A stretch of 64,000 nt of DNA. Source: Patescibacteria group bacterium UBA6017. GTDB lineage: Bacteria > Patescibacteriota > Saccharimonadia > UBA4664. Positions 29,501 through 37,800 of this stretch are shown here, one piece after another (positions within the stretch are counted from its first letter, which is position 1; each line of letters opens with the position of its first letter). Below the pieces are notes generated by a model. The model worked only from the letters and a program-made list of their open reading frames with translations. It made no database searches and was not told the origin of the DNA. The DNA lies in the NCBI GenBank assembly GCA_002429485.1, contig DIZX01000011.1, forward strand, positions 55,258-119,257, written 5' to 3'. The position numbers and the translations under genes were made by a program.

Positions 29501-31201
29501 GTTGTAACCGCCCACTATATATATGTATCCGTTGTACGCAGCCATCCCGAACCTGTTGCGCGCGGTCGTAAAACTCGAAGCGGTGCACCAGTTGGTGGCT
29601 GTCCCCGACAGGGTGCAGCTGGTAGTCGGACGCTGAAGCGTCCCATCCGAGTTTATTTGAGTGTACTCGCACGTAGCAATGAGGCTAGCATCCTTCTTGA
29701 CGGTCGCCCCTCCGCACATATATATGAAGCCGTTGTAGGTCACTCCCCCGCCAAACGTATGATTCGTTCCGGTGTAGTATGTTGAGCTATTCGTCCAGGC
29801 CGTGGTCACATCACCCGTTGCCGAAACGGGCGCAAACTCAACGTTTTTATACTGCGTGTTACCCGTTGAATCCTCACCGTTCATCACATAAAGATAGCCG
29901 TTGAAGCCCACCACAGTAGACCCGATGCGCCCCTGAGCAAATGTCGCTGTAGTCGGGGTCCACGTCCCAAGCGTCCCATTGGAGTTCAAAGCTGCGTAGC
30001 AAACAAACCGGCCGGCACCATTTCCTCCCCCCACCAGATACAGGAAGCCATTGTAGGCTGTGAGGCCGAAGTTGAAGTTAACACCGCCCGTCTCACCGCA
30101 ACCAGGAGCCGCCCCACCCGTGGTAGGCAAGTTCCCAGCCACAGCGGTGCCCCAGCTCCCCAGCAATCCAGCAGTAATTTTCGCCCGGTTCAGCTGGGCG
30201 TCTGTCCCGGCTGTAATCGTCACCGTAATGTTGTCCTCAACCTTGCCCAGCAAAAAATCCGATTGGGTTGTGATGATAAACGAGGGGTCAATGGAGAGCG
30301 GGTAAGAGGCTTTGGCTAGGCCTGTCGCCACCACACTCAAAGTATCGCCGCTCAACGCGAAATGCGCCTTCACTCCGTGCGCTTTTCCGTCCGCCTGCTT
30401 CACCACCGGTGCCGGAATCTCAAACATCAAAAAGTTCTTCTCGGCGTTCTTGCGGGCATTCTCTACCCGGGCCCGGTCAGCGTCGGTACTGAAGCTGATA
30501 TTGCCAAGCAACGCCGGATCCACAGAGTAGACCCCTACCGCCCCGTTGGCAGTCATCCGCGCTTCCAGGCCATCCTCCAGGTTCAGCGCGTAATCATACT
30601 GCACCCTGTCCGCCGGGGCATGGTCTAGCAGGATGTCTTCCTTGATACCGTTACCCTTGGGCGTCAATGCCAGCACGCCCGCGTCAGCCTTTAGCGGATA
30701 TACCACCCTACCTTTAACCTTCCGGCCCTCGTCCAAGCCAAATTTCGGACTCATGGTAGCCGATATTTTATGCGTGGTATCGGTAACCCGAATGCCAGAG
30801 CTCGCCTGGACCGGCATCTTAGCTGAATATAATTGCTTGCCTTCGCCCACCCCGACACGCGAGACCCGGTCATCACCCCCCAACGGCTGACCATCCCGGT
30901 TGAAGTACACCGCCTTGTCCTTCTGGTCGTAAGTCAGCATATCTCCGAGCCGCGAACTCACATGGCTCATCACTCCGGCCTGATCAGCATTCAACCGGTA
31001 ACGCGCCTCGCTTGCCAGGTGTTCCAGCGTCGGTACGACCACGCCAGCCAGTAGCACACCGATCGTCACCGCGTGCAGGGGCTTGCGCACATCCACCAGC
31101 CGCAGCTTCCGCTCAACCCAAAGCGGCCACCGGCGGATTTTTCGCCGAGTAGCCAAGAGTAAATGCGTAACCAAACCGGCCAGCTTGCGCCTAGGTATCA
31201 C
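26600..31201 (-). CDS. large Kelch-repeat beta-propeller surface protein (1533 aa)
   Basis: N-terminal hydrophobic segment; GIKEDILL...FEIPAP...YPLSIDP domain; 18 Kelch-like G-x-x-Y-x-x-GG blades; SD AAAGGAG. Confidence 0.85.
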   Translation of the reverse strand: MIPRRKLAGLVTHLLLATRRKIRRWPLWVERKLRLVDVRKPLHAVTIGVLLAGVVVPTLEHLASEARYRLNADQAGVMSHVSSRLGDMLTYDQKDKAVYFNRDGQPLGGDDRVSRVGVGEGKQLYSAKMPVQASSGIRVTDTTHKISATMSPKFGLDEGRKVKGRVVYPLKADAGVLALTPKGNGIKEDILLDHAPADRVQYDYALNLEDGLEARMTANGAVGVYSVDPALLGNISFSTDADRARVENARKNAEKNFLMFEIPAPVVKQADGKAHGVKAHFALSGDTLSVVATGLAKASYPLSIDPSFIITTQSDFLLGKVEDNITVTITAGTDAQLNRAKITAGLLGSWGTAVAGNLPTTGGAAPGCGETGGVNFNFGLTAYNGFLYLVGGGNGAGRFVCYAALNSNGTLGTWTPTTATFAQGRIGSTVVGFNGYLYVMNGEDSTGNTQYKNVEFAPVSATGDVTTAWTNSSTYYTGTNHTFGGGVTYNGFIYMCGGATVKKDASLIATCEYTQINSDGTLQRPTTSCTLSGTATNWCTASSFTTARNRFGMAAYNGYIYIVGGYNGTSALTDVQYVSIAPDYTLGTWGTTTAITAVLAAGWRNGGVVAEQGHLYIVGGCTTAPACSGLLNSTYYAVINADGTIGAWDTSTSFTTARLFNGVASYNGVIYSIAGCTAEPTNANNCTTALGDSQYAIINTTPGDTTSPTANNGGSVTAARAGVATTAYNGYLYAAGGCNGTNCGTYVATVDAAKINDDGSLGAWTTTGMGTLPASTGMNAGRTFGTMVGYGGKLYYIGGLQKTTAPADNYANTLLVATQTASNGNLSWSADNTASHAFISGRAYLASAVWGNYIYLMGGYDGTNYYNDVQYTKISGGSLADPNSCGVSSTLWCGSGTYSFGSTGKRGLGAAAYAGYLYIAGGRNGTTSYTDVYRAPLTSTTGAVGSVTTETNTLPSGPHTFIGVVIHNNVIYSIGGMTDNAGNAPSNVISCAALDGSTGAVGVWTTCSKTLSAARWGAGVAAYDGRLYTVGGCSGTGVPPCATGSYLATSEYFVVRNGGSGLFGTTAANTNPWTSTSGCTGACTLTARADAQTVAYNGNLYVVGGCTTYSAGVCTVWSTKVEHAAISASGSLGSFSSGSDTQLSSGQARISGAAITYVGRIFLIGGSSSTAADTADVISAPLSATGDVGTWRTETSMPEARHGFGATLMNGRVYAAGGINGATLKNSVMFSEIGENGLLLSWTTDGSTFSTARQDQSVLAYNSKLYVIGGYDGTNNLSDVQFAPINTDGSLGTWKYTNEQDQKGRFRQAAAANGYMYFFGSESSGLDVFYAAINSNGTIGNLYRASNSGMIAGSNHAHGGGVFSDGFFYEVGGCTLSGSACTTANNGAEYAGQKAQARIGHYSKMFNTEVNTAPSLVQVNGSGQYVITMRTAAVGTTTWGVPQFISPAYATKFYFLKALDGTGTDVGIAFNYYLFLIIDDSNTGGFPDTVSVAQDVDIYYHPNPTRRLRHGASFTNTGCNRVVTDGCLLDTAQ

Positions 31202-31259
31202 TCACAACTCCTTTACCATAAGCTTAATGGTTTAGGCTCTCAGAATCAAACTGATTGCG

Positions 31260-31805
31260 CTACTTTGCGGCCACTTGCTCCATCGAGGACAATAGCTTGG
31301 CCCATTTGTCGTACGGCAAAATAGCGCCAGCCTGGCCGAACAGCAATATATCGCCGCTGGCATATATCACCGAGGTCGAGCCGTGCGCCGGTGCCCCATT
31401 CTGCAAGGCCGCCCGAAAGAAGGCTTTGCCCTCACCTACCGGCTCACTAAACGTCACGTTGGAAGCCACTATAAACTGGTTAAACTTGGCCGAGCTCGGC
31501 ACCGGCTTCAGCTCCTCCGGAGTCTTTTGCTGACTAATTGTAATGTTTGTGTTGCCATCTTTTAGTTTCACCTTGTAATTCACCACCCCTTTGGTTTGGT
31601 CAAACACGGGTGAGCTGGCATCAAACTCCCAGGCGGGATCCGACTTGGGTACCAAATAGATAAAACCGGCCTGGCTCGCCTCCTTCACCACCGTCAGTTT
31701 ATGGGTATTCTTAGCGCCCCCGGGCGTCACGATAGACAATGCTCGTTGGACCAACGTGGCGGCGCCCACCGCAAAAACTACCAGTACCAATGCGCTTGCC
31801 AACAC
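31260..31805 (-). CDS. small N-anchored exported protein, partner of giant protein 2 (paralog of 10345-10833)
   Basis: TM; ISQQKTPEE; GDILLF..LPYDKWAKLLSSM. Start uncertain. Confidence 0.75.
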   Translation of the reverse strand: MLASALVLVVFAVGAATLVQRALSIVTPGGAKNTHKLTVVKEASQAGFIYLVPKSDPAWEFDASSPVFDQTKGVVNYKVKLKDGNTNITISQQKTPEELKPVPSSAKFNQFIVASNVTFSEPVGEGKAFFRAALQNGAPAHGSTSVIYASGDILLFGQAGAILPYDKWAKLLSSMEQVAAK

Positions 31806-31836
31806 GACCCATTTATTTGTATTAATCCTTAGCAGC

Positions 31837-34800
31837 TTACTTGCCCTTCATCGTGAATGTTATCTGGCTGGCGTAGGCGTAGGCATTGTTCTTGGAAGAC
31901 ATATCCACCCTGAAGGTCACAATGTCGTTGGGGGCAAAGGTACATGTGGTGGCTTCGTTTCCATTGTAGGCAACCGTCTGCCAGGTGTTGTTGGAGGTGG
32001 TGACCGTAGTTGTACCGGCAGGGTTGCCGCCGCACTCTGTGCCATCGTTCTGGAAGACAGCGTACGCAATGCTCGCGTCCGTCGTGGATGACACCCGGCC
32101 CACCATCTGGATGGTACTGTCACTCGCAAAGCCTCCGAACGTCGGCGGCAGCTGGTACTTCACAAAGATGCTGTAGGTTTGAGCCGTCACCTGGGAAGTA
32201 GTCCAGCGGTAGAAGTTGTATTCCTCAGTAGAGGCACAGATCGTGCCTTCTGTCGCTTGGATACTCATGCGACTCGAACCGGAGCAGATGTTGGCGGTCA
32301 CTGTACCAATGTGCGTGTCGGCGCCCAAGCCCGGGTTCAAAACGGCGCCGGCGTATTCTGGCTCCAAGATCAGGTTGCTATCTGGCGCCGCACCACATGA
32401 GCCCCAGCCGTCGATTTCATAGCATTGAATGCGGCCGAGCGTGGTGTCGTAGTACATCGAGCCGTACAGATCTTGGTTGACGGTGCCCGTAAAAGGCACG
32501 GCCGCAAAGGTGTCGAGCGTGAGTAGCGTTAGGCCCTGGCTCAGCGGCCCGCCCACCCGCAACGAGCCTGTGTTCTTGGTGCCGGTGGTGTTTTGCGCCA
32601 CCACCGCCAGGTTGTCGATGTAGATGTGGGCGATGGTCGATGCGTCAGTCTTACTAATTCGTAGGAAGTTGCCCGTGGTCTGACCCGACGCGCTAGTAGT
32701 GAAGTAACAGGTGTATTTGAAGAAGCCGGTGGAATTGACCGTGCCGTTGGTCGGCACGTTGCAGGTGGCGTCGAGGGTGGGAGTGGCATCTTTGTAGTAC
32801 TGCACCGCGATCGTCGGCGTCCCCGACGAAGACTTAATGTTGAAGCTCACGGCGTAGAGCCGGCTGCTAGTCAGGGCCGTAGCGCTAAGTGCGTTGTTGG
32901 CGCCCCCGGTACCCGTCCCGGTTATGGCTACATCAACCGAACCGATTCCCGAAGCTAGGTTAGCGGCAGTGACGTTCTGCGTTATGGAGGCGCTACCCGT
33001 ACCGGTGAAAGCCGTCCACCCCGTCACTCCGCCTACCTCCACGCCTCCGTTTGAAGCCAGGTTGAAACCGGTCGCAGTATTGGTGGTGTCGATGGAAATC
33101 ACCGGAGCGGCGGCGCTGTTACCCACTTGGAATACGTTAGCGTTGTCATCGCCCACACCCGCCTGGAACAGTATGTTCTTTGTGGTCGAGGTCGTAATGA
33201 TCGAGGCCGGCGCTGTCGAAGTGTTGTTATACACCTGCTGTAGTGAGCTGGCCGTGGTGGTGCCACTCCAGGCGGTGCCGTTCCAGACCAGCGTAGCGGT
33301 GTTGCCGGAGCTCATGTTCACGCCCGACATACCGGTGGCCGCCAGCGTAAATGCCACCGAGCTGGAACCCGCCGACACGTATACCACCCGACCGGCAATA
33401 GCATTAGTCGGCGAGGGCATGGTGATAGTAGCTCCGGTGAAAGCACCGGCCACGTTCATGACGACCGTGCCGTAGGTGTTGAGGTTGGTCAGCAATGCCG
33501 GATCAGTGCCCGAGTTAAATGCTTGATTATTGCCCGTCTGGGTAAACGTCTCGCTGACCGAGGTAAATACCGGGGAACCGATCTTCACCACACCAGGGAT
33601 ACCGTTGGTTCCGGTCTTAGCTCCGGCAGTCAAAGTGATGTTACCGCCGTCATTGTCATTACTCCCCGCCGCACTCCCCGCCTGCAGCGTGATATTGCCA
33701 CCGGGCCCGACGCCGTTGGCTGCCGACGAACCGCCGTTGGCCGCCGAGATCACCACGAAACCGCCTGCCCCGGTCGCCGAAGCCGCCCCGCCCGCCAGGG
33801 TCGTCATCCCGCCTGTACCCGTACCGGTAGAGGCGCCGCCCTGCACGGTCACGGCGCCGCCGGCTGTATTGCCCCCGCCGGCTGCCCCACCCTTGAGTGA
33901 TGCAGCGCCACCAACGCCGCTGGTCCCGCCGGCGCCGCCCACCAAAATCAGATTTCCGCCCGTCCCTGAGGTATTTCCAGCCGCCGATCGCACCGTGAGT
34001 GCGGCTCCGGCCGTGGCCACAGTTGTCTGATCGGCCACCGCTATTATCCGGTCGGCGCTCATGCCCAGCTGCAGATCTATTCCGCTCTGCAATGCTGGGT
34101 TCTGGGCCGTCCCACCCACGTTTACTCCCAGGCCGTAGCTGCTCACCGAAAATATTGAATTGCCCAAAGTATCACTCGTGTGCGCATCACGCACTCCAAA
34201 GATCTCTTGTCCTGCCGACATCCCTGAAGCGATCGCCGACTGCACCGTAAGTGCCTTATTTGCCGCGGTCTCGAGTATACTCGGCGCCGCCCCAGACGAA
34301 TTGTTGTAAGCGCCCTGCAAATTTGTCGAAACCGCCCCGCCGTTGGTCCAGTTTGTACCGTCGTACACAAACATCTGCGAATTACCAACCACCAAAGTTT
34401 GACCCAAAATGGTTATCGCGTTCGTAGAGGCAGATAGGTTATTGATGTAGATGATAGAGCCTGCGCCAGCCGTCGGTGATGCTATCGCAGATATTGTGGT
34501 GGCACCAGTATCGGTAATTGTAAATGCCGTACAGTCATTCACTGTCTTACCGGCGGTAGTCAAAGTGATTGTGCCCGACACCCCCGTGTATGCACAAACC
34601 ACGTTCTGTGTCGCGCCATTATTTTTAAACAGCGTAGCGCTCGCCACCGTTCCCACGGTTGTGCTGCCATTTATGGTCGTAGTGTTGGCAGTCTTTCCAA
34701 TCGACACCGCGTTGGCCGTGCTCGTGCCCAAGTTGAGCTGCGAAGCGCTAATGGTGTCGAACAAGGGGGCCGTAAAACTCGTGTTGGCCCGTCCAGTTAG

Positions 34801-37800
34801 GGTAATGCGGAAGCTTCCCGTCTGATCTGCCGAGCTCTGGTTTTGAATGCCGTTATTGTCAGCCCCCGCAAAAGTCCAAGTTCCTACGCCGTTAACATTG
34901 GCCCACACCAACGTGGCCGAACTCCCGGCCGAGACGGTGGAGCCCAATATGCTAAAGCTCGTGGTACCCGTGTTCGTTATATATACGATGCGCCCGTACG
35001 TTCCACTGGCGGACGGCGTTGGCGGAGTGAGCGTTTGGCTGCCGGTCAGCTGGTGAGCTGCGATATAGGTATAAATATCAACCGTAGCTGCAGCACCGCC
35101 TGCATCCCATCCGCCGCCCGACAAGTCGGCCATTGTGTAGACGCTGTTCACCGTTGAGCCGTTGTTCACGAGCGCCCCGCTGCCGGCGGCGTTGCCGATA
35201 AGGGCGGTGCCGTTGGTCTTCACGGTCGTGGTCGACTTGCCGAGCGTCACACTGGTGGCCGTGCCGGTGCCGATGCTGATGCCGACCGCCGAGTCGATAT
35301 TGCCGGCCATCGTCAGGTTGCCACTGGCGTCCACTGCAAACCTGCTGGTCGGCGCGGCACCGGCCTGCAGGTCGAGCAGGTTGCCCGACGGCGCGGCGTT
35401 GGTGTCGCTGGCAAATATTAAAGCGTTGCCGGCTGCCGGGTTCAGGGTGCTGGTCACTTTGAGCGCGTTACCGGTGCCGCCATTAGTCAGCGTCAGCACA
35501 TTGGCCGAAGAGCCGGAGTTGGTGTTGGTGAAGTCGTAGAAATCGCCCGCCACTCCCCCGCTCGAGGTCTCGGTGGCTGTCTGGTTCTTGGCCAAAAAGC
35601 CACCGGTGCTCGGCAACGCAGTACACGAACCGCCCACCACGAGGCCGCCGGACGCCTGGAACAAGCTCACGTACTGGCCCGCGCCACAGGCACCGAAGCT
35701 GCTGCCGCTCGTGCCGCCAACTGAGAATCCGGAGGTAGCATTGGCCACGCCCGCGGATGTCACCTTGAACTCCGAGTTGTTATTATTCTGCAGGTTGAGT
35801 AAATCGGCCGTGGTGGCGCCTGAAGTGTTGAGGCCGATATAAGTACCGTTGACGCTACCGCTCGAAATGGCGGCGCCGCCAATCTGGACTAGTGAGCTTG
35901 CATTGCTCACGGCCGGCGCCCCGCTGACTATCAGCTCAGCCGCGCCCGTGCCTGTGACCGAGAGTACGCTGGTGACCCCCAGCGTACCTGTGACACTCGA
36001 ATTGCCGGTGATACCTGCGCCGCCAGCGCTCACCGTGAGCGCACCGGCCTCGGTCACCGTTCCGGTGAAGTTCGCCGCGCTCGAAATCCGCTGGCCGTTG
36101 AGCGTGTCGGTGGTGCTCGTGCCGCCCGACTGAGTCGCGTTCCCGTTCATGTCCACTGCAAACCGGCTGGCCAGCGTGGCCGACTGCGTACTTTGCAGAT
36201 CGAGTAAGTTGCCCGTGGCGTTGTTTAGAGTGTTGCTCGCAAAGATCGTGGCGTTACCGGCGTTCAAGTTGGCCGCCGAGGTCACCGACAAGGCCGAGTT
36301 CAGCCCGGAGCCGTTACTAATCGTCAGTACGCTCGTACTACCCGAACCGCCGTTATTGAGCGTCAGCAGCGAGTGGCCGCTCGTGGTCACCGTGACGTTA
36401 TCGGTCTCCTCCACGCCTTTGCGGATGTAGCCGGTGCTCGAATCGCAAGAGCCGACCGCGTCAGTACAGATCAAGTAACTACCGGTTGTCACTGATCGGT
36501 CGAGATTATACGTCACCGCTCCGGTTGGGCTACCCGTAAAAGCCAAAGTAGTCGTAAAGCCGCCTCCGGTTGCGCTCAAAGAAGTTGAGGCATTACCTTG
36601 CAGTGTCAATTGCTGGCCAGTCGCCCCGATGGTGAGCGTGCCAGTGGGCGTAATCGTATTCGTCTGCAGCGTACCAACCACATTCAGCTGCCCGCTCACC
36701 GTCGCCTGTGAGTTGAGCGTATCCACCGCAAATTGGGTCACTCCGGCGGCATTTTGCACGCTCAACGCCGTCGTGGAGTTCTCGGTGTTTTGCAGCATGA
36801 TCGGCGAGCTCACTGCCGTATCAACCTGCAGCGTACCCGCGCCGTAAGCATTCGCAACGTTGCTCGTCTGCTCCAGCTGCACGCCGTCCAGGTAGAATGT
36901 GCGGGCTGCCCCGGCAGTCTGACGGATCACGATATAGGCGCTGGCGTTTCCGGCCGTGGCCGAGGAGGTGAACGTACACGTCACCCGCGTCCAGCCGCCA
37001 CTCACCACCGTCTGCGTATTGTAACTACTACAAGCCGTTTCTGTACCAGCCGTGCCGTCGCGCGAATAGGCCGCCGCAACGTCGGCAAATGCCGGGTCGC
37101 CGGTCTTAAGTTTGGCGTAGAAGCTCACCGTGTACGCCGTGCTCGCGCTCAGCGCCGCGCCCAAATTGTTCTGCGCGCCCCGGGTCGCCGTCGATGGCGC
37201 CACCACCACGCTCACCGACGCCGCCCCATTCCAAGCATTGCTGGTATTGCGCGCCACCGTCGTGTTGGTGCCATAGGCAGCCCACTCACTGCCAAATGCT
37301 ACTTCTGCGCCCGGGTTCAGGATTAGATTGGTGTCGTTCGTGCCCACCCCGAGCACCGCCGCACCCTGCCCGTTTTGAATCTGCAGAGCGGTCGCCGTAT
37401 TGCCCGCCGAGCTGGTACCGGTCCGAATAGCATCGCCGGTATTGCTCAATGTCTCGCTCAACGCTCCTGCCTTCGAAGTCACCGTGCTGCCCGAATTCGT
37501 CGATCCGGCCGTTATCGATTGGGCGTTCGTGGCATCAGTGCCAACCGCAATCGTGTGCGCCGCCGCGTTCGTACCAATGTTGATCGCGGTACCGCCCTGG
37601 TTGCCCAGGTTCAGATTGGCCGTAGCATATACCCCGAGATCACCCGCGCTCGTCCCCCACAATGAAGCCGCGGCCGCTGTTAGCGTCAGGGCCCCGGCCG
37701 AAGTCGTAAACGACGATGCCGCGTTTGCGCTCAGGCTCACTGCCCCGCCCGATTGCGTCACCGCACCACCCGCTACCGTCAACGACTTGCCGCTAAGTAT

